A stretch of DNA of 64,000 bases, from the IMG/VR virus record IMGVR_UViG_3300024520_000066, positions 1,745-65,744 of that record; one strand, written 5' to 3'. This stretch comes from a virus (taxonomy: Duplodnaviria > Caudoviricetes). The notes below the pieces were generated by a model. The model was not told the origin of the DNA. It made no database searches and saw only the letters and a program-made list of their open reading frames with translations. A program made the position numbers and the translations under genes. Positions 20,879 to 31,728 of the stretch are shown here, in pieces; within the stretch, counting starts at the first letter, position 1, and each line of letters starts with the position of its first letter.

Positions 20879-22468
20879 TTAAGCTTTCTTTTTTTTCTTA
20901 GAAGCTAAATGTTCCCCTCTTGATCCGTAAGATAATCCCATTAATTCAGGATATCTTTTAAACAACTCCTCTTTTCCTACTCCACCGAAGTCATCCCCTA
21001 GTTGAGAAAGTAATTTAGATTTGTTTGTTTGATAAGCTGCTTGTAATTGAAGATTAGTATCTGTTTCTTTATTTGATTGACCTAAGTTAGCTGAGTCAAC
21101 TCCTAAATTAAATTCTTGAGCTTTTCTTTTTTCTTGTCTATTCTCAGCACCAGCTCCCATGTATGCTTGAGATAATACCTTACCTCCTTGAAGTTGAGAA
21201 GCTAATAAGTTTGCTCTAGCTGTTGAACCTGAACCACCTGAAGATCCTAATATAGCGTCTCTAGTATTTAATACAGATTCTTGAGCCATATTCTGTAATC
21301 CTCTTTCATCAACAAGTTGCTCATTATATCTATTACCTAATTTATCATAACCAACCTGTTCTGGTTTTTTAAGATTTGCAAGTTGAGCTATATTCATAGC
21401 CGCAGGTGCATATCTTAATAATTCTCCTGGATTAAATTTTGTTGCTGGTTTTTCATTAGTGTCTCTAGTAATTGATCCTTGCTCAATTGAATTAGCTACT
21501 TCAGCTCCTATTTCAGCATTTCTATAATCAGGCATTGTATTTGAAAAAGCATCAAGTTCTGCAATTTTATCATTTATTGCTTCAGCATCTAATGTAGCAT
21601 CATCTACGCCTATTTTTGCAAATTTACCTTGATTAGAAGCTCTTCTCATTTCAGCAATTAAATTTTCAGTTTCAGCATAAGGATCTGTATTATGTTCTCC
21701 ACCGTGAACAAACATATTAGCTAAGATATGTCCACCTGATTTATAATCATTAGTTGCTTTATTATGTAAGTTTTCATCATAAGCAACTGATGCTTTATTT
21801 GCTTCATTTTGAGCTTTCTTTCCTCCTACTAGCCCTGAAACACCACCAACTACGCCACCAATAGCAGCACCCCATGGTCCAAATGCCATACCTGCTTGCG
21901 CACCTTTCATTGCACCACTAGCTGCTGCTGCTCCTTGAGAAGGAACTGCTGGTGCAGCTTGTCTGCCACTAGTGTCAATTCCTGTTGGGCCAAATGCAGT
22001 TTTTGCTAAATCAATAGCTGTTGTTGCCGCACCTACATAGCCACCAGCTCCAGCACCTGCTGCTCCAGCTCCACTACCAAGTAAAGATCCAATACCACCT
22101 CCAGCAGCACCTCCAGCGCCTGCAGCAGCTCCACCTGCAGCTCCACCTGCAGCAGCAGCACCACCACCTAACATACTTGTTAAGCCACCAAGAAAGAATT
22201 GGTTGGACGCAGGTTCAGAGCCTGTCGGCTCTGCACCAAATCCAGCGTTGGCTGGATTTTTTGCCACCTGCTGTGGCTTTGTTCTTTTCTCTTGTTCAGC
22301 CTTAACAAACTCTTGAGCTTGTTGAAGTCTTCCTTGCAACTCATTTAATGTTTGCTCATCTTCTGGACTACTTCTGCCCTCAAACTTCTTAGCTATTAAT
22401 GCGCTTGCCTCTGAAAAGGACTTTCCTTTCAAATACGATGGCAGGTTAAATTGTTTAATTATATCCAT
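20879..22468 (-). CDS. putative ejected cargo protein with Gly/Ala-rich membrane-inserting segments
   Basis: Long GA-rich tract and glycine-zipper GPWGAAIGGVVGGVSGLVGG. Confidence 0.65.
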   Translation of the reverse strand: MDIIKQFNLPSYLKGKSFSEASALIAKKFEGRSSPEDEQTLNELQGRLQQAQEFVKAEQEKRTKPQQVAKNPANAGFGAEPTGSEPASNQFFLGGLTSMLGGGAAAAGGAAGGAAAGAGGAAGGGIGSLLGSGAGAAGAGAGGYVGAATTAIDLAKTAFGPTGIDTSGRQAAPAVPSQGAAAASGAMKGAQAGMAFGPWGAAIGGVVGGVSGLVGGKKAQNEANKASVAYDENLHNKATNDYKSGGHILANMFVHGGEHNTDPYAETENLIAEMRRASNQGKFAKIGVDDATLDAEAINDKIAELDAFSNTMPDYRNAEIGAEVANSIEQGSITRDTNEKPATKFNPGELLRYAPAAMNIAQLANLKKPEQVGYDKLGNRYNEQLVDERGLQNMAQESVLNTRDAILGSSGGSGSTARANLLASQLQGGKVLSQAYMGAGAENRQEKRKAQEFNLGVDSANLGQSNKETDTNLQLQAAYQTNKSKLLSQLGDDFGGVGKEELFKRYPELMGLSYGSRGEHLASKKKKKA

Positions 22469-22478
22469 GATAATTTTA

Positions 22479-25013
22479 TTATGCTAATTTATAATCATCA
22501 ATACTACCACCAAGATTAGTATCTTCGTATGCAATAGTATTAAGTGCTTTTACTATATTTTCATCATTAAAAGCACGATAGAAGTTCTCCATACTTGCTC
22601 CTGATTTTTTCACTCTCTTTTTTAATTCCTCAACATCTATCTTTTCCCCTGGTTTTAATCCTATTTTATCTCTAAACTCGACAAAATTTCCATAAGCTTC
22701 ATGTGGTCGACTTAAGTATCTTAATGCATCTGGATCCATATTCTTAAGGAGACTTCTTCCTTCTTGTTGAAATGCGCTACCTAGTGTATCAAGTAAATTT
22801 ATTCCTTGAACAGCGTCAAATCCTGAAGCATGAACTCTTTCATGTGATTCAACATTTTTATCATCAGCATATTCATCACCAATAAATATTTTATGTTTAT
22901 CTCTATCGTAAGATGCTTTTGAGTTTGAAACATTACCTCCTACTTGCTTAGATGCTAATAAGCCTCTTAATATCATATTGTCAATATCATAGTCAGTAAG
23001 ATTTGTTTGACCTTTCATCATCTCTCTTGTTGCAGGATCGTTATATCTGTTTAAAAAAGCTTTAGATCCTTCATCTTTTACTGCTAATTCAAAATTAACA
23101 GAATCATCATTTTCATCAAACATCACTGGAGGACGACTACCAACATAATTTTTTCTTATATCTTCAATTTCAATATCCATTCCTGTCTTATGAAACCTAG
23201 ATTGTGTCTTTGTAAATTTAAGTGGATATTTTGAAGATTCATCTAAAACTGACCCAGCAACTCCTTTTGATAACATACTAGGTATTACAGGCTCTTCTTT
23301 ATTTTTCTTATTATCTTTGTCAGCATCTAAATCACCTCCATCTTCAAATGAATTAATAAAGTCTTTACCTTTTTCGTATAAATCTTTCTTTATTTTACTG
23401 AATTTTTCTGTAACTTTCTTGATTGATCCGTAATCAATATCTAATGCGTCAATAGGATTTAATACATTATTTAATACATCCATAAATCCAACATCATCAG
23501 GATTATCATTCATATTGAATTCACCTATAAGTTTTGGTGTTGAATCGAGTCTTTCTTCACTTGCCTCACCTGCAGCACTTCTTATTCTTGCATAAGCACC
23601 TCCCCTGTTTGGTGTCTTATTGAAATCATAAGTGTCATATATTTTTACATTACCAGTCTCTGGGTCAACATCATATGAAACTCTACCATAAGTTGTAGCA
23701 GCTTCTAATTCTGGAGACAATGCACTACCTAATAACATGTCTTCAGCGTTCATTCTTAATGAATTAACATCCCTTTCTACTGCACTACTGTAATCTCTAT
23801 ACTCAGTACCGCCTTTATTGTTTCCAGTTCTTTTTACCGCATTCCTTACGCTTCTGTATAGATGTTTATTAGCCTTATCTCCACCGTCAGCTGTAGTATA
23901 TTTACTATCTTTAGTAACCATAGATGCAACTAATTGAGCTGCATTTTGTGGAATAGGCAATACATCTCTTATAAATTTTGTAGCAATATTAGAACCGCCA
24001 ACTTCTTTCTTGTCTTTATCTATATTGCCGCCTTTTTCAAATATATTCATTGAATTACCGTCCTTACCAGTATAGGTGCCATCTAACGAAAAAGAATTAG
24101 AAAAGATGTAATCATTCCACTTTGTTTCTCCTTCTTCAACGAGATTAATTTTACCATTATTTCCTACTCCTTGTGGAATACCACCGAGAGAATTCTCTTC
24201 GTGAGTTCCTCCATTTTCAAATAGAGTGACTAATTCGTTTGCACCACCTACCTGACCACTCATTTGACCACCTTCCTTAAATTCATTATTTCTGAACTCT
24301 AATGAAAATGCATCAGAAGATAATTGAGGTGTATCTAATTCTTGAGATTGAGGTTTATTTGTTGTTGATAAATCTAAGAAATCTAGACTAGTTTTATTTA
24401 ATTCTTTTGGCTCTTGACTTGCTACAGCAGTATTATCCACCGCTACTTTTCTTAATTCTTTTTCTGAGTCACTATTTTTTAAAGCAACTCTTTCTCCATT
24501 TTCAGTAGAATATTGATTTAAATGCTTTCTAAATTTTGATAAGTAATCATCAGTCCTCATGTTCAATGCTCCAGGTACGACAAAATTTTCAGGGTCTTTA
24601 AGAAATTTTCTAGCATTACCTGCACCTACAAAATGTATTAATGCCGTTAAATCTGTTACATCGTAATCAGACCCGAATTCATTCTTAAGCTTTTTTGCGT
24701 ATTCTACACCGTAAGTATAGCCTGCTAGTTTTCCTTCAAGAGCCTTATCCATTATTCTTTCCTGAAGTTCAGGATTATTCATAAAGTCTCTCTTTGTAAT
24801 ACCACTCATTTCCGGGTCATTCTTTATTGAATCATAAAGAAAATGATACTTACCTGCTGCTGAGGAATAATGCTTACCAGTTTTAGGATTAATCCCAGTC
24901 TCTAAATATTTTCCACCAGAAGACTCAATCATTGCTATTGCATGCTTGTAAGCTTCTTTGTTGAATTTATTAGGATCTCTTTTTGTATCCTTTCCGTAAG
25001 TTTCTAACCCCAT
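22479..25013 (-). CDS. multidomain virion protein: N-terminal lysozyme/transglycosylase-like domain, C-terminal HExxH domain
   Basis: AIAMIESSGG...SSAAGKYHF (catalytic Glu-Ser pattern); GGTHEENxxGG.PQG segment; HERVH near the C-terminus. Confidence 0.65.
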   Translation of the reverse strand: MGLETYGKDTKRDPNKFNKEAYKHAIAMIESSGGKYLETGINPKTGKHYSSAAGKYHFLYDSIKNDPEMSGITKRDFMNNPELQERIMDKALEGKLAGYTYGVEYAKKLKNEFGSDYDVTDLTALIHFVGAGNARKFLKDPENFVVPGALNMRTDDYLSKFRKHLNQYSTENGERVALKNSDSEKELRKVAVDNTAVASQEPKELNKTSLDFLDLSTTNKPQSQELDTPQLSSDAFSLEFRNNEFKEGGQMSGQVGGANELVTLFENGGTHEENSLGGIPQGVGNNGKINLVEEGETKWNDYIFSNSFSLDGTYTGKDGNSMNIFEKGGNIDKDKKEVGGSNIATKFIRDVLPIPQNAAQLVASMVTKDSKYTTADGGDKANKHLYRSVRNAVKRTGNNKGGTEYRDYSSAVERDVNSLRMNAEDMLLGSALSPELEAATTYGRVSYDVDPETGNVKIYDTYDFNKTPNRGGAYARIRSAAGEASEERLDSTPKLIGEFNMNDNPDDVGFMDVLNNVLNPIDALDIDYGSIKKVTEKFSKIKKDLYEKGKDFINSFEDGGDLDADKDNKKNKEEPVIPSMLSKGVAGSVLDESSKYPLKFTKTQSRFHKTGMDIEIEDIRKNYVGSRPPVMFDENDDSVNFELAVKDEGSKAFLNRYNDPATREMMKGQTNLTDYDIDNMILRGLLASKQVGGNVSNSKASYDRDKHKIFIGDEYADDKNVESHERVHASGFDAVQGINLLDTLGSAFQQEGRSLLKNMDPDALRYLSRPHEAYGNFVEFRDKIGLKPGEKIDVEELKKRVKKSGASMENFYRAFNDENIVKALNTIAYEDTNLGGSIDDYKLA

Positions 25014-25720
25014 GGTTTTATAGGTTGATGTTTAATTGTTGCTAAATACGACATATTGCCATATCCAAGTTTTAATGTCCTCCATCCTTTCCATATTCTA
25101 ATACCGAATATTTTGTATTCTACTATTTTGCAATGACTATATCTAAACATTAAATCTTTTTTGCCAGTTGGTCTAAACCACATCATCCCTTCTCCAAGAA
25201 TAGATGTATAGTATGATATAGTGTCACCACCATTAACTTGCCAAGGATCTAAATCTGGGCTTAATGGAACATATTTTAATCCAGCATCAATTATCCATAT
25301 ACCATCTTGAGGTAGAAGTGTTTTACTTCCGTCCTCATTAAATTTAAAATAATTATCAGTTACTATCTTGACAACTTCAATATTATTGTTACCTACTTCA
25401 GCAGGTGTAGAATTAACCAGGAATTTGCTTCTTCTAAGGTTCCATACAGAATTCCTGTTATGCCAGTTATAAGCAATACGAAATGTCTCTTTTGTTCCTC
25501 CTTTTAGTTTGATATATGCCGCATAGTCTGGAGCATAAGACCCATTTTCTAGGATTCTTTCATCATCCATCCACCACCAAAACCAACTTTTTTTTCCTTT
25601 GTGTCTAAATACCCAAGCTAATGGGAATATAGCCCAGGCCGTGATAATACCAAAAGCTCCAACTAAGGAGCCTTTGATCCAATGCCTAATTGAGGCTTTT
25701 TGTTCTTTGTTATAACGCAT
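25004..25720 (-). CDS. hypothetical Trp-rich membrane-anchored protein
   Basis: 238 aa, N-terminal hydrophobic helix, own upstream promoter. Confidence 0.6.
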   Translation of the reverse strand: MRYNKEQKASIRHWIKGSLVGAFGIITAWAIFPLAWVFRHKGKKSWFWWWMDDERILENGSYAPDYAAYIKLKGGTKETFRIAYNWHNRNSVWNLRRSKFLVNSTPAEVGNNNIEVVKIVTDNYFKFNEDGSKTLLPQDGIWIIDAGLKYVPLSPDLDPWQVNGGDTISYYTSILGEGMMWFRPTGKKDLMFRYSHCKIVEYKIFGIRIWKGWRTLKLGYGNMSYLATIKHQPIKPWG

Positions 25721-25724
25721 CTTA

Positions 25725-25755
25725 CAAATATAGGTAAAGTAACATTATTTGTCAA
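25725..25755 (-). promoter_or_regulatory. Bacteroidetes primary-sigma promoter
   Basis: TTG-N20-TATATTTG matches the -33/-7 consensus TTG...TAnnTTTG; ends 4 nt before the ATG. Confidence 0.7.
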
Positions 25756-25774
25756 TATTATGTATCACACACAT

Positions 25775-28700
25775 TTAGTGTTGTGTATAAAATATTGTTA
25801 TGTCATGTAAAATTAATTTTTTGCCATCAGTGTTGTTAAATTGGAATTCAGCAAAGCCCCAAGCACTACGAACTCTTTCTCTTGTATTCCTTTGTCTAGG
25901 GAAGTTTATCTTCCAGTTTCTAAACTTTTTAAATACATTCTGTCTTAACACAAGTGGTACTAATCCAGAATCTTGATAATCATTATACACTCTAACACCA
26001 GTCAATCCTTCTAATGGTAGTTCAACACCATTCTTTGTCATTTCTAACTTATAAGATGCGCCATTAAGAATTATCTCATTTCCTTGTGGAGCAATATGTA
26101 GTGTAATAGAACTAGGATATGAAGTTCCATAAAAACTATTTGGATTTCCTTTAAAGTGTTCCCAAACAGATGTATTTGCTGGATTTGTTGATATAAGTAC
26201 AGATCCCTTATTTATGTACCAAGCAGGAACATAATCATAATAAGATACAAATGCACTTATTTTCTCATTAAACGACAATGTAAACTTATCATTTGACTGA
26301 ACGAATGAAAAGTAAACGTCTGAGTTTACAGGATTGTATCCTAACGATACACCATTATTTAATACAGGATTGTCTTGAACTAGTGATTCATAATCCATTC
26401 TGTTTAAAAGTTCATGGTGGAATCCCTGAGCATCTGACAATCTTCCAACCTTAGCCCCATCAAATACCATTATACCTCTGTTTATAAGATCTATGAAGTA
26501 AAATGCATTCTCTGAAGTTACAACACCCCATTTATTCAAACATCCAATTGTTGTGCTTTTGTATGTATAGTCATGTAATATTCCACCTGTTCCAAGCTCA
26601 AGAGAAACTCCATCATTTCCAGGAACTTGTACTCTAGGATTAACAGCAATATGAGCTACAGCTGTATCTTGCAAGCAAAATATTTCATCTTTAAGATTTA
26701 CAACAGCGTTAATTGGCCCGTATTTTCCATCAAGATCCATTGTCTCATTCTCTAAGAAATCAGTCCAAGAGTCTATAAATTCTCCAGGTATTTTTTCTTT
26801 TGAAGCCATTAATCTTCCGTCAAATTCCTGAATCTTCTTAACCTTAGACCCTAGCCCAACAGATTTAAGTAATGTTGGTTGTTGAGAATAAACTCTATTA
26901 TATTCTTGATATTCTTCATATCTAGGTTGCCATCTATTGTCCCAGTCTCCTAATGAAAGGTCGTTTCTATTTTTTAAATCTACACTAGTCTCTACTCTTA
27001 TTGATACTATTTCAGCAAGTAGATTGACATCCACACTTTGTATTTCAGTGTTGTCTTTTACTAATTTTGTAAATGTAAATGTATTTACAAATGTATCTCC
27101 GGGTGAATCCACAAATACAGATGTTGTATCAATATTTGTAAATAAACCTATCTCAATGTAACTTGAGTTTGATTTTGACTCATAAGACATACCTCCATAA
27201 ATACCACCAATGTATGGTGTATTTTTATCTTTAACAAACTCTGCTATCAATACACCATCATTTTGACCTGGCGCAGCTAACTGATGAATTTGCTCTATAC
27301 TTTTTCGAGAAGCTATTGGTGCTGTTTGTAAATCATCTCCTTCAGCAAATGTTATACATTTTGCTCCAATTGTATTGCAACCACTTATTCTTTGTTCTGC
27401 ATCTGTATTTACATCTTTAGACTCTACCCAATTATCCATACGCATTGTCTTAAGATTATTTGAGTATCTTAATTTAGCGTCATTATTATATCGTGTAAAA
27501 TCAGCTCCTTCTTGAGTAAGCTCTGGAGTTCCATATATTTCAAAGATTTTTTGTCCAGTTGAAGAATGAAAGGTTCCATTAAACTCTCTATAAACTTGAT
27601 GTCTAGCATGATGATTCTTATTATTAACAGGGCCAAAAAAACCATTATCCGATAAATAATTAGCGTTATTTATCATTGGTTGAGGAGTAACTCCTGGCGT
27701 CAATCCAGTTATACCATTTAAGAATTTTGCCGCAACACTATTTACTGAATTTACAGGATTTGTTTCTGTTGACCAACAAGCTACATAACTTTGTCTTATT
27801 AATCCAACTATGTTTAATTTATAACTTGCATCAATTGGGTTTTCTCTAAATAACACTTCAGGACTATAAAACTGCATAAGTCTATTGTGCTGGAAATTTT
27901 GCGCTCTCCAATCTTTAGGATCAGCAGCTTTAAATCCTTCATAATTCTTACCTTCTCCTAACTCAGGAAAACTTGAATTATTTTCACTATCCCAAGCTAA
28001 GCAATGGTAATCTTTACATTTTACAAATGGAACTATAGTTTGAAACATTCTAGTCATTGATGGAATTATATCTGGCTTAACTGATTTCTCATGGTTTACA
28101 GCATCAACCCTATCAGCTCTTGTTGCATACTTGGTTGTATGAACAAAATTTGCTACCATAGGATTTATGAATCCTTGAGCAAATATTGTTTGATCCACTA
28201 ATGTTCTATCAGCTCTTAATATCTTGTACCCAACAGGTTTGTCATCTTCAGATAAAAAATTACTTGAAGTATTAAGCCATGCATAAAATTCAGATGTTAA
28301 TGTAACGCGTAATTGATTATAGTTACCAGACACATTTCCTTCTGGAGCTTTTAAGTCCATTATCCATTTAGGATCTGATGTTTGTCCTCTTCTGTTGTAA
28401 AATTTAATACCTAATCTATATATTTCTCTATCTTTGAAAAATTGTAATTCCTCAGCAATATCATCAGATAATTGTGATTGAACTATTTCTACATTTACAT
28501 ATTTTCCACTAGCACCATAAGTAGATCCATTTAATTGATACTTATAAGTATCGTAATTTTTGTTTATAGAATCATGGTTTGGAGGAACAATAAAATCAGG
28601 AGATGTTACTGTTGTTGTAGTTCCGGTTACATTTCCACTAGAATTAACATAAGCTCCATTTAATATTTGACATAAACCACCAGCATTAAATGAATAAGCC

Positions 28701-29839
28701 CTCATATCAAGGTCTATCAAGAAATTACTTTCTGTTATATTAACAGGAAATAATCTATTATCTTTTGTTACTATGTGTTGTGGAACTATCGGATTAGAAC
28801 CAAGAAATATAAATGATTCTAATGAAATTTTCTCTTGACTAGTCCCATCATCTGTAATACTCATAGATACATAGTCATCTATCTGTTGATCTGTTACAAT
28901 TGATATTTCAGGATTTTCATTAAGAGATGTGTATTTTATAGAATACAGCTTAATATTAGTAAATTTAGGGTCTATATTTGGTATTGAAATCTGAACTGAT
29001 TTACCAAGAACTTCATTCACTGCTCCTCCACCGAGTCCATCACCCTTGTCTATTGGAACCAATTCAGATACAGGAGATACAGTAGTTTGCGCTCCATTAA
29101 GTATGTAAAGACCATAAGCGTATTGAACCATGCCAGACGTATGACTTCCACCAGCAATCACTCCATCTATAACTGGTTGCGATAATACAAATGTACTTAC
29201 AGTATCAATTGAACTTGCACTTAAGTCAATAAGATTGTCCCTATCTCCATTTACTGTACTTTGGCGTATGTTGAAGAATCTTAATTGATGTTTGCCATCA
29301 ACAAAATATATTTTTTGTATAATTGAGTTTTCGTAATTAAATAAAACCTGAACTAGGTTATTTTTTGACAAACCTAAATTATTCATGTATAGCAACTCTA
29401 AATCAAATGAACCATTATTTAGGTTTTTCAGTTCCCAGAAACAATCAAATCCAGCATCATCAGTTGTTATTATTAATGCAGAATCTCTAAGTTCTTTTGT
29501 TCCTATGATTATCTGTTGTCCAGATGTATTGAATGAAGCTCCATTCCAATATGTTGATTCAAGCTCACAACCAGGAACACTAGATTCTTTTCTATTGTAT
29601 TTCAAAGATCTTGCTGTTGTTCCAACCGTGTAGTCAATAGTAGTTGTTGTGCTGTTTATCGAAGGAGTAGGGATAGTGAACACTAGTTCATTGCCTACCT
29701 CATTTGTTACAGCAAATGAACTTTTTTGATCTGTTGCTAATATGCGTATATTTTTCGCGTCAAAATACTTGTCAGACTGTAAATCTGCAGACAAGTCTTT
29801 GGACATACCAGAGTAATTAACTTCATGTTTTTTTATCAT
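25775..29839 (-). CDS. tail stabilization/muzzle protein (P22 gp10-like, crAss-like)
   Basis: 1354 aa, beta-rich; C-terminal DSWTDFLENETMDLDGKYGPI and KKFRNWKINFPR segments; synteny after ring and IHF genes. Confidence 0.75.
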   Translation of the reverse strand: MIKKHEVNYSGMSKDLSADLQSDKYFDAKNIRILATDQKSSFAVTNEVGNELVFTIPTPSINSTTTTIDYTVGTTARSLKYNRKESSVPGCELESTYWNGASFNTSGQQIIIGTKELRDSALIITTDDAGFDCFWELKNLNNGSFDLELLYMNNLGLSKNNLVQVLFNYENSIIQKIYFVDGKHQLRFFNIRQSTVNGDRDNLIDLSASSIDTVSTFVLSQPVIDGVIAGGSHTSGMVQYAYGLYILNGAQTTVSPVSELVPIDKGDGLGGGAVNEVLGKSVQISIPNIDPKFTNIKLYSIKYTSLNENPEISIVTDQQIDDYVSMSITDDGTSQEKISLESFIFLGSNPIVPQHIVTKDNRLFPVNITESNFLIDLDMRAYSFNAGGLCQILNGAYVNSSGNVTGTTTTVTSPDFIVPPNHDSINKNYDTYKYQLNGSTYGASGKYVNVEIVQSQLSDDIAEELQFFKDREIYRLGIKFYNRRGQTSDPKWIMDLKAPEGNVSGNYNQLRVTLTSEFYAWLNTSSNFLSEDDKPVGYKILRADRTLVDQTIFAQGFINPMVANFVHTTKYATRADRVDAVNHEKSVKPDIIPSMTRMFQTIVPFVKCKDYHCLAWDSENNSSFPELGEGKNYEGFKAADPKDWRAQNFQHNRLMQFYSPEVLFRENPIDASYKLNIVGLIRQSYVACWSTETNPVNSVNSVAAKFLNGITGLTPGVTPQPMINNANYLSDNGFFGPVNNKNHHARHQVYREFNGTFHSSTGQKIFEIYGTPELTQEGADFTRYNNDAKLRYSNNLKTMRMDNWVESKDVNTDAEQRISGCNTIGAKCITFAEGDDLQTAPIASRKSIEQIHQLAAPGQNDGVLIAEFVKDKNTPYIGGIYGGMSYESKSNSSYIEIGLFTNIDTTSVFVDSPGDTFVNTFTFTKLVKDNTEIQSVDVNLLAEIVSIRVETSVDLKNRNDLSLGDWDNRWQPRYEEYQEYNRVYSQQPTLLKSVGLGSKVKKIQEFDGRLMASKEKIPGEFIDSWTDFLENETMDLDGKYGPINAVVNLKDEIFCLQDTAVAHIAVNPRVQVPGNDGVSLELGTGGILHDYTYKSTTIGCLNKWGVVTSENAFYFIDLINRGIMVFDGAKVGRLSDAQGFHHELLNRMDYESLVQDNPVLNNGVSLGYNPVNSDVYFSFVQSNDKFTLSFNEKISAFVSYYDYVPAWYINKGSVLISTNPANTSVWEHFKGNPNSFYGTSYPSSITLHIAPQGNEIILNGASYKLEMTKNGVELPLEGLTGVRVYNDYQDSGLVPLVLRQNVFKKFRNWKINFPRQRNTRERVRSAWGFAEFQFNNTDGKKLILHDITIFYTQH

Positions 29840-30546
29840 TACTGTATCCTCATTTGTTCCTGAGCGCCTAAGAATTCAAATCTTCTTTTAAATTCTGTTG
29901 TACTAGGAAGTATTTGTGTAATCATGTTTGTTAAAGTCTCCATTTCATCTTGAGATGGCATCTTTAATCTTGAGTCTGCTTGACCAACATTGAACATATA
30001 ATCAACCTCAGCTTTGTTTAATTTTCTATCTGATATCATATCCATGTCATTCATTATGTCATACCATTTCCATTTGATGTAAGACTCAATACATCTTAAC
30101 AGTGTTTCATCATCTAATACAAGAGGATAGCATTCTTCATCTACAGCTATTGCTTTGTATATTATATCAATAGTGCCTGTCTCAAAATTAACACTTACAT
30201 ACTTACTGTTTAGTGAATAAGTGTAATCCCTTCTGCTAGGGGTAGAACCCCCAGCATGAAAGAATTCCTGAGATATATCTTCACTTGAAGATAATGCTAT
30301 TGGACGACCAGTATCTGTTCTAGATATACCGTCTATTTTTATCATATCAATAGGCTTAAGTGTACGGAAATTAACAACATTTAACCTCTCTCTTTTTATT
30401 ACATAGATAGAAGGCGCATCAAGTATTCTTAATACTTGAATTGCATTGTCAACAATAAACTCATAGTTTAAATCCTTCATTATAGGATTTCTCATCAACC
30501 TATCAGCTACCATTTTAATACTAACTAAATTCCCTGTACTTGCCAT
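29839..30546 (-). CDS. tail ring / tail tubular protein
   Basis: 235 aa, ends in the ring-protein-like YKAIAVDEECYPLV; crAss synteny. Confidence 0.65.
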   Translation of the reverse strand: MASTGNLVSIKMVADRLMRNPIMKDLNYEFIVDNAIQVLRILDAPSIYVIKRERLNVVNFRTLKPIDMIKIDGISRTDTGRPIALSSSEDISQEFFHAGGSTPSRRDYTYSLNSKYVSVNFETGTIDIIYKAIAVDEECYPLVLDDETLLRCIESYIKWKWYDIMNDMDMISDRKLNKAEVDYMFNVGQADSRLKMPSQDEMETLTNMITQILPSTTEFKRRFEFLGAQEQMRIQ

Positions 30547-30552
30547 AATTTT

Positions 30553-31071
30553 TTATCTTAAAAAGGCATCAATCTTTCCTGCAAATATTGCCTGAGATAA
30601 TTGACGCTTTAATTGTCTATTGAAACGAATTTTATAAATGCTCTTATTTTTGTAATTAGCTTTAGATCTTCTGTAAAAAATCCTGAAGGTGTGTCCCTCA
30701 GTATGTTCATTAGTATATCTTATTTTTGTTTTTTTCCGTCTAGCACTTTCACTTTTAGCCCAAAGTTCCCTTGAGGCTTTCCAATTGATAGGAAGGTTAT
30801 TTATTATGTTCCCATCATTATCTATCTTGACTTCCTTTTTTACTTTTCTTAATTCAATTTTACCGGTTCGGCATGGCATAAAATATTCAGCTCCTTTGGT
30901 TGAAATCCTGTCCCTAACAAAGCCATTAAACTCTCTCATTATTTTACCGAACAAAACTCTAGATATTTCCGTATGGCCAGTGGTTTTTATGAAATGATTA
31001 TAATAATCACCACTACCAAAATCTGCTGTTATACGATGAATTCTTTTATCTTCTTCCATCAGCAGCGTCAT
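30553..31071 (-). CDS. IHF/HU-like DNA-binding protein (crAss-like); start may be 31059
   Basis: Basic protein, MPCRTGKIELRK and YKIRFNRQLKRQL segments; synteny between ring genes. Confidence 0.65.
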   Translation of the reverse strand: MTLLMEEDKRIHRITADFGSGDYYNHFIKTTGHTEISRVLFGKIMREFNGFVRDRISTKGAEYFMPCRTGKIELRKVKKEVKIDNDGNIINNLPINWKASRELWAKSESARRKKTKIRYTNEHTEGHTFRIFYRRSKANYKNKSIYKIRFNRQLKRQLSQAIFAGKIDAFLR

Positions 31072-31717
31072 TATCTTTATCTACGGGAATAGCCATAGCT
31101 CTTATCATGTCTTTTACAACTAAATCAACAACTGTATCAGCCATTGCTGATTCAATTGGATAATCAACATCCCAAGCTTCTTTAGTTGAATCTACTCCAC
31201 AAACTAGTTCTCTTGCAACATCTGGAGACTCAAAAACATCAGTTACTTTTATTTGTTTAAGAAACCTATGCTTATTATCTTTTGATATCAAGAATAATTT
31301 TCCATTGAAATCAATGGAACAATACGTTAAGTGTTGTGTGAATTTATTTTCAAACAAGAAAGGTAATCTTTCTAAAGCAACTGGATTTATAGCCAGTGCA
31401 GTGCCATCATATAATCTAACATTTAATGGGCCTTCTTTTCCTTTTATTCTAATTGATCTAGGAATAGTAACTGTAGATGCTAATATTTTACCAGCGCAAG
31501 AATAGCCGTCAACTTTGTCAATTAACTCCAATGGAACACAAAGCTCTTGCTTTACTTCTCTTGGTAGGTACCATCCATTTGTTGCGTACTGTTGTTTTAA
31601 CAACATTGCTCTCTTTGTGTCTATAAGACTTGAAACCAAATCCTCACTGACATTGGTATCATCAGTAAGGATGTTCAACTTCTCAAAAACTGTATAGATT
31701 ATTTCTCTCTTGGTCAT
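31046..31717 (-). CDS. tail ring protein
   Basis: ATG at 31717 (MTKREIIY) avoids overlap with the upstream gene; similar size to the other ring proteins. Confidence 0.6.
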   Translation of the reverse strand: MTKREIIYTVFEKLNILTDDTNVSEDLVSSLIDTKRAMLLKQQYATNGWYLPREVKQELCVPLELIDKVDGYSCAGKILASTVTIPRSIRIKGKEGPLNVRLYDGTALAINPVALERLPFLFENKFTQHLTYCSIDFNGKLFLISKDNKHRFLKQIKVTDVFESPDVARELVCGVDSTKEAWDVDYPIESAMADTVVDLVVKDMIRAMAIPVDKDNDAADGRR

Positions 31718-31728
31718 TGTGTTTATTG

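Noticed and set aside
22021-22305. CCAGC/GCAGC-rich quasi-repeat and a Gln/His/Leu-rich + strand ORF
   Set aside because: Explained by the Gly/Ala tract of the 529-aa minus-strand protein; not a CRISPR or regular tandem array.
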